In this document: positions 17,674 to 28,400 of the stretch, in pieces | Position numbering within the stretch: the stretch's first letter is position 1 | Layout: every line of letters starts with the position of its first letter | Assembly (NCBI GenBank): GCA_964367785.1 | Contig: CAYIZE010000001.1 | Location: 1 to 55,106, forward strand | Direction of reading: 5' to 3' | DNA: 55,106 nucleotides | Source of the DNA: an uncultured Christensenella sp. | GTDB lineage: Bacteria > Bacillota > Clostridia > Christensenellales > UBA1242 | Program-made: the position numbers and the translations under genes | Notes under the pieces: generated by a model | Seen by the model: the letters and a program-made list of their open reading frames with translations, nothing else | The model's database searches: none | Told to the model about the DNA's origin: nothing

Positions 17674-20600
17674 TTATTCAGCTATTTTTGCTTTCATTTC
17701 TTTGGCTTTTTGAATTTCTCTATCGGCTTCTTGTCTTGCCAACCATTCTTTTGAAATTGTTGGATAGATTTCCTTATATTGTTTCATTCCTGTGCCTGCA
17801 GGAATAAGTTTTCCAATCATAATATTTTCTTTCAAGCCTTCAAGTCTGTCTGTTTTGCCCTTAATTGCTGCTTCAGTCAAAACTGCTGACGTCTCTTGGA
17901 AACTTGCTGCTGATAAGAATGATTCTGTTTTAAGCGATGCTTTCGTTATGCCAAGAAGCACACGTTTAGCAATGGCTGGTCTCTTATCATTCATCAAAAG
18001 TTCATTATTAATCTCTTCATACTTTTGAAGGTCAAGCATATTGCCAGGAAGAAGTTCAGAATCGCCCGGATCTTCAATCTTAACTTTTCTAAGCATCTGT
18101 CTAACGATTATTTCAACGTGTTTAGCACTAATTCGAACATCTTGCAAACGATAAACTCCCAAAACTTCTTTCAAGAGATATTCCTGCACGCCTTTTAGTC
18201 CACGCACTCTCAAAATATCATTTGGATAGATAGAACCTGAAGTCAAGCATTGTCCAACATTCACTGTGTCGCCTGTTTTCACTGCAAGCACAGTTTTGTT
18301 CTTTGGAGGAGTCATATATTCAACATCACCCTCGCTTGTGGAAGACACAATAATTCTATATCTTTCACCAGATACTTCAACTTTGACTTTACCAGTTACT
18401 TCAGAGATTATTGCTTCGCCCTTTGGTCGTCTGGCTTCAAAGATTTCCTCAACACGAGGAAGACCTTTCGTAATATCTGCTTCTGCTGTAACACCACCAG
18501 AGTGGAAAGTTCTCATTGTAAGCTGTGTTCCTGGTTCGCCGATACTTTGAGCAGCAACGACACCCACAGGTTCGCCAACATTAACAATTTGATTGTTTGC
18601 CATATTTCTGCCGTAGCATTTTGCACAAACGCCATGTTTTGCTTTGCAAGTAAGAAGTGTTCTTATATTAACTTCTTTAATTCCAGCCTCAACAATTTTA
18701 GTTGCTTTGTCTGGATAAATCATTTCGTTAGATTTAACAATAATTTCTTTTGTTTTTGGATCATAAATATTGTCCACGCTTACTCTTCCTGAAATTCTGT
18801 CTTCCAGTTTTTCAACAACAGTTTTGTCTTCAATAAGTTCAGTAACAATCATTCCCTTAGGTTTCTCTCCAAGAGATTCAAAACAATCTTCCTCTGTCAC
18901 AACAACTTCTTGAGCAATGTCAACAAGTCTTCTTGTTAAATAGCCAGATTCGGCTGTTTTAAGAGCGGTGTCGGCAAGTCCTTTACGTCCACCACGACTT
19001 GATAGGAAATAGTCGATTGGGGTTAGTCCTTCACGGAAACAAGACTTAACAGGAATATCAATTTTAAGTCCTGAAGCACTCGCCATAACTCCACGCATTC
19101 CGCAAAGTTGGTTGATTTGCACAGGATTTCCACGAGCGCCTGACACAGTCATCATTTTCACAGGGCTAAATTCACCAAGGCTGCTCATAACTGCTGCTTT
19201 CACTTTGTCAGTGGTATCGTTCCAAATGGCAATATTTTTAGAAATTTTTTCGTCAAAAGCAATGAGACCACGCTTATATGCTTTTTCATTTTCAAGAACC
19301 TTTGCGTCTGCTTCTGCAAGAAGTGTCTTTTTCTCTTTTGGCTCTTTCATATCATAAACGTTGATTGTTAGAGCAGCGATTGTAGAATATTTATATCCTA
19401 GTTCTTTAACTTTATCAAGCATCAAAACTGTTGGAGTTGAACCCAAAACGTTGTAGGTTGCAGAAACGATTTTGCCAAGCATTTTTTTATCAACAGTTTC
19501 TTCAACTTCATATCTAAGAGCATTTTCTTTTTTAGTTCTGTCAATAAATCCAATGTTTTGAGGAATACAACGGTTGAAAAGAATTTTACCCACTGTTGAG
19601 ACAACATTTCCAGTTATCTTCTCACCATTAAAATTAACTGTTCTTCGAACTAAAATCTTTGATTGAAGTTCAAGATTTTTTGTTTGATATGCCATTATTG
19701 CTTCGTCTTCATCTTTGTAGGCACAGCCTTCGTTCAAACAATTTGGCTTGTTGATTGTCATATAGTAACAACCGATGACAATATCTTGTTGTGGAGTCAT
19801 AACAGGTTGTCCATCGGCTGGTTTTAGGACGTTGTTTGAAGAAAGCATAAGAATTCTTGCTTCTGCTCTTGCCTCTATGGAGAGAGGAATATGCACTGGC
19901 ATTTGGTCGCCATCGAAGTCAGCGTTAAAGCCAACGCAAACAAGTGGGTGGAGTTTTATGGCTCTGCCCTCGCAAAGCACTGGTTCAAACGCTTGAATTC
20001 CAAGTCTGTGAAGAGTTGGAGCACGGTTTAAAAGCACTGGGTGATCTTTAATAACTTCATCGAGAACGTCCCAAACGATAGGTTTTTCGCGTTCAATAAG
20101 TCTCTTTGCACTCTTTATATTGTGAGATTCATTCATCTCCACAAGTCTTTTCATAATGAAAGGTTTGAAAAGTTCAAGTGCCATTTCTTTTGGAAGCCCG
20201 CATTGATAAATTTTGAGTTCTGGACCAACAACGATAACAGAACGTCCTGAATAATCCACACGTTTTCCAAGCAAGTTTTGACGGAAACGCCCTTGTTTTC
20301 CACGGAGCATTGCTGTCAAACTCTTCAAATCTCTCGATTTTGGACCTTGCACTGCCTTACCACGTTTTCCATTTTCAATAAGCGCGTCAACGGCTTCTTG
20401 AAGCATTCTCTTTTCATTTCTAACAATGACATCAGGAGCACCGAGTTCAATAAGTTTTTTAAGTCTGTTATTACGGTTAATAACACGTCTATAAAGGTCG
20501 TTCAAATCACTTGTGGCAAATCTTCCGCCGTCAAGTTGCACCATAGGTCTCAAATCTGGTGGAATGATTGGAATGACATCCAAAATCATCCATTGAGGTT

Positions 20601-21267
20601 TGTTTCCACTCTTAATAAAGTCATTAACAATTTCTAGCCTCTTAACTGCTTTAAGTTTTTTCTGTCCTTTTGACGTTTTAACAATCTCTTTAAGTTCTGC
20701 ATAATCTTTTTCCAAATTCACTTCGCCTAAAAGTTGTTTGATTGCTTCAGCGCCCATTCCTGCTTTAAAGCCGTTTGCACCAAATTCTTCCACTGCATCA
20801 CGATATTCTTTGTCGGAAATAACTTGTTTGTATGTGAAAGAAGTTGCTTTTGGATCAAGAACAACATAATTAACATAGTAAAGAACTTGTTCCAAAGTTT
20901 TTGGAGTAATGTCAAGCAAAACGCCAATCCTTGAAGGAATTCCACGGAAAAACCAAATGTGACTAACAGGGGTTGCAAGTTCAATATGCCCCATTCTCTC
21001 TCTACGGACTTTGGAAGTTGTAACTTCCACACCGCATTTATCACAAATCACGCCTTTATAGCGAATTCTCTTATATTTTCCACAGTGACATTCCCAATTT
21101 TTTCTAGGCCCAAAAATTCTCTCGCAAAAAAGCCCATCTCTTTCTGGCTTTAAAGTACGATAGTTAATTGTTTCGGGTTTTGTCACTTCGCCATAACTCC
21201 ATTCCCTAATTTTTTCAGGTGAAGCAATGCCAATTTTCATAGAGTCAAAATTATTGAGTTCAAACAT
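17674..21267 (-). CDS. rpoC: DNA-directed RNA polymerase subunit beta'
   Basis: 1197 aa. It has the zinc-binding [23 protein letters not shown] and the catalytic NADFDGDQM, plus typical beta' blocks throughout. Confidence 0.98.
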   Translation of the reverse strand: MFELNNFDSMKIGIASPEKIREWSYGEVTKPETINYRTLKPERDGLFCERIFGPRKNWECHCGKYKRIRYKGVICDKCGVEVTTSKVRRERMGHIELATPVSHIWFFRGIPSRIGVLLDITPKTLEQVLYYVNYVVLDPKATSFTYKQVISDKEYRDAVEEFGANGFKAGMGAEAIKQLLGEVNLEKDYAELKEIVKTSKGQKKLKAVKRLEIVNDFIKSGNKPQWMILDVIPIIPPDLRPMVQLDGGRFATSDLNDLYRRVINRNNRLKKLIELGAPDVIVRNEKRMLQEAVDALIENGKRGKAVQGPKSRDLKSLTAMLRGKQGRFRQNLLGKRVDYSGRSVIVVGPELKIYQCGLPKEMALELFKPFIMKRLVEMNESHNIKSAKRLIEREKPIVWDVLDEVIKDHPVLLNRAPTLHRLGIQAFEPVLCEGRAIKLHPLVCVGFNADFDGDQMPVHIPLSIEARAEARILMLSSNNVLKPADGQPVMTPQQDIVIGCYYMTINKPNCLNEGCAYKDEDEAIMAYQTKNLELQSKILVRRTVNFNGEKITGNVVSTVGKILFNRCIPQNIGFIDRTKKENALRYEVEETVDKKMLGKIVSATYNVLGSTPTVLMLDKVKELGYKYSTIAALTINVYDMKEPKEKKTLLAEADAKVLENEKAYKRGLIAFDEKISKNIAIWNDTTDKVKAAVMSSLGEFSPVKMMTVSGARGNPVQINQLCGMRGVMASASGLKIDIPVKSCFREGLTPIDYFLSSRGGRKGLADTALKTAESGYLTRRLVDIAQEVVVTEEDCFESLGEKPKGMIVTELIEDKTVVEKLEDRISGRVSVDNIYDPKTKEIIVKSNEMIYPDKATKIVEAGIKEVNIRTLLTCKAKHGVCAKCYGRNMANNQIVNVGEPVGVVAAQSIGEPGTQLTMRTFHSGGVTAEADITKGLPRVEEIFEARRPKGEAIISEVTGKVKVEVSGERYRIIVSSTSEGDVEYMTPPKNKTVLAVKTGDTVNVGQCLTSGSIYPNDILRVRGLKGVQEYLLKEVLGVYRLQDVRISAKHVEIIVRQMLRKVKIEDPGDSELLPGNMLDLQKYEEINNELLMNDKRPAIAKRVLLGITKASLKTESFLSAASFQETSAVLTEAAIKGKTDRLEGLKENIMIGKLIPAGTGMKQYKEIYPTISKEWLARQEADREIQKAKEMKAKIAE

Positions 21268-21304
21268 AAAAATTCTCCTTAAATTTTTGCGTTTTATTTA
21301 GTTG

Positions 21305-24300
21305 CTATTCAAAATCGTCAAACAAAGAATCTTCATCAAAATTTTCAAGAAGTTTATCTTCAGTATCGGCGGTATTTTCAGGATTTTCTTCAATTAAACC
21401 CTCAGCAACTTTATTGTCAAAGTTGAGTTCAATGTCCTGAGTTGGTTCTTTTGTCTTCACGGTGAATGGAGCAGTTTCAATGTCATCTGTTGCAAGTTCG
21501 GAAAGCGAAACTTCTTGTTTTTCTTCCGTAAGAATACGTAAGTCAAGACCCAAACTTTGGAATTCTTTAATCATAACTTTAAATGATTCTGGAATGCCTG
21601 GTTCGGCAATAGGATAACCTTTCACGATTGCTTCATATGTCTTATTTCTGCCTGTGACATCATCAGATTTAATGGTGAGCATTTCTTGAAGAAGATGACT
21701 TGCGCCATATGCTTCCAGAGCCCAAACTTCCATTTCACCAAATCTCTGTCCACCAAACATTGCTTTTCCTCCGAGAGGTTGTTGTGTGACAAGTGAGTAT
21801 GGTCCAGTGGAACGAGCATGCATTTTACTGTCAACCATATGGTCAAGTTTCAGCATATACATAGTTCCCACGGTTACTCTATTTTCAAAAGGCTCGCCTG
21901 TTCTGCCGTCATGAAGCACCATTTTTCCGTCTTCTTCAAAATTATTGTCTTTCATAATTTTGAAAATTTCATTTTCTTTGATGCAATCAAATGCAGGCAC
22001 AGCGACTTTCCAATCAAGGACTTTTGCAATTCTGCCAAGAAGGACTTCAAGCACCTGTCCCACGTTCATACGACTTGGAATACCAAGTGGATTGAGAACA
22101 ACGTCCACAGGTGTGCCGTCTGGCATATATGGAAGGTCGGCAAGTGGAAGAACTCTACTAACAACACCTTTGTTACCATGACGTCCAGACATTTTGTCAC
22201 CCACAGAGAGTTTTCTCTTTTGGACAACATAAACTTTGACCATCATATTAACACCAGGCTCAAGTTCGTCTTTATTTTTTCTTGTGAACACTTGAACGTC
22301 CACAACAATTCCGCCACGACCATGTTGAACACGCAAAGAAGTATCTCTCACTTCTCTTGCTTTTTCACCAAAAATAGCACGGAGAAGTCTTTCTTCTGGG
22401 GTGAGTTCTGTCTCTCCTTTTGGAGTGACTTTCCCGACAAGGATATCACCTGTTCTGACTTCAGCGCCAACACGAATGATACCATTTTCATCAAGGTTTT
22501 TAAGGACTTCGTCGCCAAGATTTGGAATATCACGAGTGATTTCCTCGTCGCCCAATTTTGTACTTCTAGCCTTACTCTCTTCCACTTTTAAAGTGATTGA
22601 GGTGAATAAATCTTCTCTAACAAGACGCTCAGAAATTAATATGGCGTCCTCATAGTTATAACCTTCCCAGTTCATATAGGCAATGGTCATATTTTTTCCA
22701 AGTGCAAGTTCGCCGTTTTTAGTTGCAAATCCGTCTGCTAAGACATCTCCAACTTCCACTCTTTGATTTTTAAGAACATTTGGTTTTTGATTTATGCAAG
22801 TGTCTTGGTTTGTTTTTGCAAATTTAATGAGTGGATAAGTATCTGTCTCGCCATCGTCGTTTTTAACACGAATTTCATTAGCTGAAACATAAGAAACAAA
22901 TCCTGCAATTTTGCAAAGAACCATTGCCCCACTATCGACAGCAATTTTATATTCCATTCCAGAGGCTACAATAGGTGCTTCTGTTTGAATGAGTGGCACT
23001 GCTTGTCGTTGCATATTTGAGCCCATAAGAGCACGAGAAGTATCATCGTTTGCAAGGAAAGGAATGAGTGCTGTTGCAGCAGAAATAAGTTGTTTTGGAG
23101 AAACGTCAACGTAGTCCACTCCATTAGGTCCAACTTCAATGACAGATTCTTTCTTTCTCACGATAATTCTATCGTTGATAAATTTGCCTTCCTCAGTTGT
23201 AGGTTCTATGGCTTGTGCCACACAACAATTTTCTTCTTCGTCTGCCATTAAATAGACAACTTCATTTGTGACAATGCCTTTAACTTTATCCACCACTTTA
23301 AGAGGTGAAAGTAAAAAGCCATATTCATTTACTTTTGAGTATGTGGCAAGTGAATTGATAAGCCCAATTCCCTGACCTTCAGGAGTCTCAATGACGCAAA
23401 TTCTTCCATAATGTGAATAGTGAATATCACGAACTTCTGCAGTTGCTCTCTCTTTTTTCACACCACCAGGTCCAACAGCGGAAATTTTTCTCTTTTGAGT
23501 GAGTTCACTCACAGGGTTCACCTGATCCATAAGTTGTGAAAGTTGTGAACTTGCCAAGAAAGCTTTTAATGCTTTATTAATTGGTCTTGCATTAATAATT
23601 GATGATGGGCTAACGGTTGTTAGGTCTTGTGCTTGTAATGTTTCACGAATGACTCCTGCAAGTTTGTTCACTCCGCTTCTGAATGCGTTTGCAATAAGTT
23701 CGCCCACAGTTGCAATTCTTCTGTTTGCCAAATGATCAATGTTGTCAATCTCGCCAACGCCGTCGTTTAAGTCAAGGTGATAGCTGAATGTTGCGATGAT
23801 ATCGTCCATTGTAAGTTGAAAATTCATAAGTTCTTTTGCATTTTCTCTGATTGCTTCTTGTCTTGCTTCTTTTGTCTTGTTTTCTTTCAAAATCTTTTGA
23901 AGAGCTGGGTAATATACTTTTTCAAGAATTCCAAGTTCTCTTTCATTGCATGGGAATATAGCGGACAAATCAACTCTGTTATTTCCCACTATCTTGTGAG
24001 GAATAAACTTCTCTCCGTCCATTTTAAATTCGCCTTTGAGAGTTTTTGCTCTAACCCAAACTTCATTAATTCCTGCATTTTGGATTTGTTTTGCAATCTC
24101 TCTGCCGATGATTTCGCCGTCTTTAACAACAACTTTATTGTCAATCTTAATCTCGCCATAAGCGGTTTCACTTGTCATTCTGGTGGCTATGGAAAGTTTT
24201 TTGTTAAGTTTGTATCTTCCCACTCTAGCAAGATTATAATATTGATGAGTGAAGAAAAGTGAATTTATAAAATTATAAGTTGCTTCTGCACTTGGAACTT

Positions 24301-25042
24301 CGCTTGGACGCATTTTTTTGCTCAGTTCAATAAGAGCCTCTTCCTGAGTCTCTTGCAATTCTTTTTCAAGCATACTCATAATGATTGGATTATTACCAAA
24401 AGTGCTTGCAATTTGATTTGAAGTGTAACCAAAGCATTTCAAAAACACTCCCAAAGTCACTTTGCTACTTCTGTCAACAACAACTTTCAAAACATCACTT
24501 GCATTTTGTTCCACTTCAAGCCAAGTTCCGCGAGTTGGAATGATTGTGCCTTTAAAAAGCCATTTGCCTGTTTTATCTTGCTCTTTTGCAAAATAAGCAC
24601 TTGGGGACCTGATGATTTGACTGACAACAACTCTTTCAATTCCATTAAAAATGAAAGACCCTTCATCTGTCATAAGAGGAACGTCTCCTAAAAAGACTTC
24701 TTGCTCAATAACTTCGCCGTCTTCTTTTCTGACAAGTCTAACTCTTGCTTTGAGTGCAACAGAATAAGTGATACCTTTTCTTTTGCATTCCATTTTTGAG
24801 TATTTACTTGTTGAATCAAGAGTATAGCCCACGAAATAGATTTCTGCCTTTCCGCTATAATCCAAAATTGGAGAGAATTCTTCCAATATCTCCGCTATGC
24901 CAACTTCAAGAAAGTGCTTATAAGCATCTTTTTGAATAGCAACGAGATAAGGCATTTCAATAGGTTCTGAAATCTTTGAAAAGTTAACTCTCTCGACTTT
25001 TCCATACCTAGTCTTTTTAAAAGTAACGTTAGATTGTCCCAT
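21305..25042 (-). CDS. rpoB: DNA-directed RNA polymerase subunit beta
   Basis: 1245 aa. Conserved beta blocks are present (GRYKLNKKL, SQLSQLMDQVNPVSELTQKRKISA, GRHGNKGVVSR, GGQRFGEMEVWALEAYGA). It has an acidic C-terminal tail and an AGGAG RBS. Confidence 0.98.
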   Translation of the reverse strand: MGQSNVTFKKTRYGKVERVNFSKISEPIEMPYLVAIQKDAYKHFLEVGIAEILEEFSPILDYSGKAEIYFVGYTLDSTSKYSKMECKRKGITYSVALKARVRLVRKEDGEVIEQEVFLGDVPLMTDEGSFIFNGIERVVVSQIIRSPSAYFAKEQDKTGKWLFKGTIIPTRGTWLEVEQNASDVLKVVVDRSSKVTLGVFLKCFGYTSNQIASTFGNNPIIMSMLEKELQETQEEALIELSKKMRPSEVPSAEATYNFINSLFFTHQYYNLARVGRYKLNKKLSIATRMTSETAYGEIKIDNKVVVKDGEIIGREIAKQIQNAGINEVWVRAKTLKGEFKMDGEKFIPHKIVGNNRVDLSAIFPCNERELGILEKVYYPALQKILKENKTKEARQEAIRENAKELMNFQLTMDDIIATFSYHLDLNDGVGEIDNIDHLANRRIATVGELIANAFRSGVNKLAGVIRETLQAQDLTTVSPSSIINARPINKALKAFLASSQLSQLMDQVNPVSELTQKRKISAVGPGGVKKERATAEVRDIHYSHYGRICVIETPEGQGIGLINSLATYSKVNEYGFLLSPLKVVDKVKGIVTNEVVYLMADEEENCCVAQAIEPTTEEGKFINDRIIVRKKESVIEVGPNGVDYVDVSPKQLISAATALIPFLANDDTSRALMGSNMQRQAVPLIQTEAPIVASGMEYKIAVDSGAMVLCKIAGFVSYVSANEIRVKNDDGETDTYPLIKFAKTNQDTCINQKPNVLKNQRVEVGDVLADGFATKNGELALGKNMTIAYMNWEGYNYEDAILISERLVREDLFTSITLKVEESKARSTKLGDEEITRDIPNLGDEVLKNLDENGIIRVGAEVRTGDILVGKVTPKGETELTPEERLLRAIFGEKAREVRDTSLRVQHGRGGIVVDVQVFTRKNKDELEPGVNMMVKVYVVQKRKLSVGDKMSGRHGNKGVVSRVLPLADLPYMPDGTPVDVVLNPLGIPSRMNVGQVLEVLLGRIAKVLDWKVAVPAFDCIKENEIFKIMKDNNFEEDGKMVLHDGRTGEPFENRVTVGTMYMLKLDHMVDSKMHARSTGPYSLVTQQPLGGKAMFGGQRFGEMEVWALEAYGASHLLQEMLTIKSDDVTGRNKTYEAIVKGYPIAEPGIPESFKVMIKEFQSLGLDLRILTEEKQEVSLSELATDDIETAPFTVKTKEPTQDIELNFDNKVAEGLIEENPENTADTEDKLLENFDEDSLFDDFE

Positions 25043-25239
25043 TTTGACTCCTATAAAAAATTTTTTCTAGCTAAATTGTTCAAATTGATTTTTAGTTTAG
25101 CAAACAAAAAATCATGTTTAATAACTCAATTTTTACATTATTTTAAATTAAATTATCAAACATAATTTCTCAATTCTATTAATTCCCTCTCTAAACACAA
25201 AAATAAACCCGCATAATTTAGCAGTCTAAGATGATTTTG

Positions 25240-25268
25240 AGTTTATCACAATCATATTTTTTAGTCAA
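25240..25268 (-). promoter_or_regulatory. Candidate rpoB promoter (TTGACT-17-TAAACT, extended -10 TGA)
   Basis: On the minus strand, TTGACT (25268-25263) is followed by a 17-nt spacer ending in TGA and then TAAACT (25245-25240). This leaves a leader of about 190 nt before the rpoB ATG. Confidence 0.35.
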
Positions 25269-25437
25269 TAGTTTTTTAAATTTTATTTTATTTTTTTTAA
25301 ATTTCATAATTTTTTTAATAATTGTATCATTTTTTTTATATAATTTATAAAAATTTTTATCTACAAAAATTATAAGCTTAAAAGATAATTGAAAAATGGA
25401 AAGACAGGAACTTCATTTTGAACCTCCTATCTCTTCA

Positions 25438-28400
25438 TTAATCTCGAATTACTGTCACATAACATGTCACAATGTCAACTCCGTCTGCAACTGTTATAAA
25501 AGTTGACAAGTCATAGCCATTATCTGGAGTTGTGCCAAGTTCCATTTCAAAATATTCATATGTGAGAACATTATCGACAATTTTCACCACAGCGATTCCA
25601 ATCTTATCTCCTTCTTCGAAGGCATCTTGCTCATAGGTTACTGTGTTTTCATTAAGAGACGAGATGTAAAGTCCTGGATTTGTTGAATTGATGAGAGGAT
25701 TATCAATCGGAGAGTTTGCTTTTAAAGTTATTTCTCCGCAACTCATCAAGAAAATTCTCTTGTCTTTTAAAGTTTGATTACTATTACTCCAAAATTCTGA
25801 TTTAAATATTCCGCTGTCGCTTATTGTTGACATTTCTGTCAAGAAAATTTCTTCCAATTCATCTATTATTTCACAACTCGAATCATAGTGTCCCACACTT
25901 ATTGAAAAACCTGTTCCCTCTGTGGAATAGACATTTTCGCTATCAACTTCGCCTAAGTTAAAAATCTTTTGCTCGGCTTTACCAATGATCGCTCCCATAT
26001 TTAAGTCCTGATTTTGTGAATTTGCACGAGTATTTCCGACACTCACACAATATTCCAAACTCCCGCTATATGTCCAGCCAACAATTCCGCCAACATATGA
26101 CCAAATATTTTCGTTTGTAGTGTCTCTGCCTGTTGCTTGACGAGATTCAATGTATCCATCACTAAAATAGCAATTAGAAAGTCTGCTTTCGAAGGAATAT
26201 CCCACTATTCCACCAACAACGTCATATTTTGAAGAATATGTCTTCACGTTTCCTTTGTTGTGTGAGGCATTAATGGAAAATGAAACTCCATATCCCACAA
26301 TTCCGCCGGCATAGACATTTGAAGAATTGGAAGTGGAAACTCCTGCCAAATTCGTTTCATTATCAGCATATTCCACCACAAAATCATCACCAGTTGTGCT
26401 ATAGCCTGAAAGATAACCAGCCACACCGCCAACATAGACAAGTCCACTACTGCAAACTGCCAAAATATCAACAGTGTCTTTTTTAATCACACCTAAAGAA
26501 CCATTAACTTCTTCTGCAACCATATTTTCATAACTTCCAAGGTCAACCGTCGAACCTGTTCTATAGACATGAACATTTTTTATTTCATAACCTATTGAGC
26601 CTGTGTAGAGACCAACAATTCCACCCACATATGTTCCCGCTTTTGATAAGCCAACGATATTTGTGGAAACACTGATATTTTTGATGATTGTATTCTCTGC
26701 AAATCCAACAACTGTGCCGACATAAATTTTAGAAGTTGTGCTTTCGCTCTTAACTTTTATAAAGGCTTTGTCGATATATCCGTTTAATATTTGAGCGTTT
26801 GAAGTGTAGCCAAATAGTCCACCATAACTCAAATTTGAAGTATCAATCCTCAGCCCTGATATAACATGCCCGTTGAAATTAAATATTCCACGGAATGAAT
26901 TTATTGAAGAATTGCCGATTGGCGTCCAATATTTTCCACTCAAATCAATGTCATTAACAAGCAAAAATTCGCAATTTAATGAGGAAAACATTCCACTATT
27001 TACATTTGTTGCAAGCCATGAAAGTTCTTCTGCAGTGGAAATGAGATAAATTGTTTTAATTGAAGTTGTGGTGTTGTCGCTACCAAAACTCACAAGTGTT
27101 TGAGAGACTCCCAAATCCTCAATGTCTTCTAAAATTTTATGCTTTGTTGCTAAAATAGCAGTTGCGTTATTCAAATTATAATTATAACTCAAAAGAGAAT
27201 CACTTTCTGTATTCTTCCAATTTTGTCCTAATCCACGGAGAGATGGATATATGCTGAAAGCATCTTCGTGCAGGCTATATTCTTTTGTCCAGATGTCACT
27301 CAGTTCATATCCGTCCACAGTTAAGTTTTCAAAAATAGGATTTAATGTTGTTGCAACAACAGAACTTGTTGGCTCGTCAAGATAAAAGAGTTTTGGCGAA
27401 CATGTGCTGTAAGTCGTGGAAGAATCTGCAACCGTTGGAGACAGGTTGAAGACATTAAGTAAAGAGCAATTTTCTTCCACTTTCCCGACAACAAGAATTC
27501 CATCATCAACTCCACTCACGGCTTCTTTTCGAGAAATCACTGCGTTTTCGCCATTATATGAGTTGTCTAAAATTGCATTTTGAATTTTTGCAACAATTCC
27601 GCCAACGATTTGCGTTTCTGCTCCTGACAAACTGCCCGACACGTCAACATTGTTATAACTATATTTCAAACTGCAAGTTGAATTGCTGTTAGATTCATCA
27701 TTAATCATTTGATAGATAAGTCCGCCTGCACCTTTAAGCCCTTCCACTTTTGACTGCACGCTGTCGCCTTTTTCGGTGAAAACTTTGCTGACAGCACTAT
27801 TCTCCACGCTGTATGCAACGCCTCCTGCATAATCCACATTTTTGATTATGACTGACTCTAAGCCAAAGTTTGTGACAACAGCGTCTTGCACAAATCCAAA
27901 CAAACCACCATACAATTTGTTACTTAAAACGTTGCCGTCAATAGTTAAGTTTTTAATGACATAGCCGTCTCCATCAAATGTGCCACTAAATGGATAATCT
28001 TTTGTTCCAATCGGTGTCCAATATTTGTTTGCAAGATCAATCTGTTTTTTCAGTTTGAAAGTCACATTTTTAGTTGTTATATAGCCGTTATTTATTTGAT
28101 CAGCAATATAGGCAAGTTGCTCTGCACTTTCGATTATAAAAATCTTATTCACACTTGTGACTTCGCTGGATTTATCCACCCACAAAGTTTTAATGTCGTT
28201 TTGTTTTAATGTTGGATACCATGTATCAAACTCTTGCCCCCAAATGTTTGAAAAATCCCAGTCTATAAAGGAAATTGTCTTATCTTTTAAATCAGTTGAA
28301 ATTTGTGAATCGCAGAACGTAATAATGTCATCAGTTGCTTTATATGAATCTGTTGATATGTCATATGAAGTCATTCCAAAGTAGTTTGTGTTTCCGCTAG

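Noticed and set aside
21305-21565. Acidic tail of about 85 residues at the RpoB C-terminus (…DTEDKLLENFDEDSLFDDFE).
   Set aside because: Acidic C-terminal extensions of the beta subunit are common in low-GC Gram-positives, so this is not distinctive.
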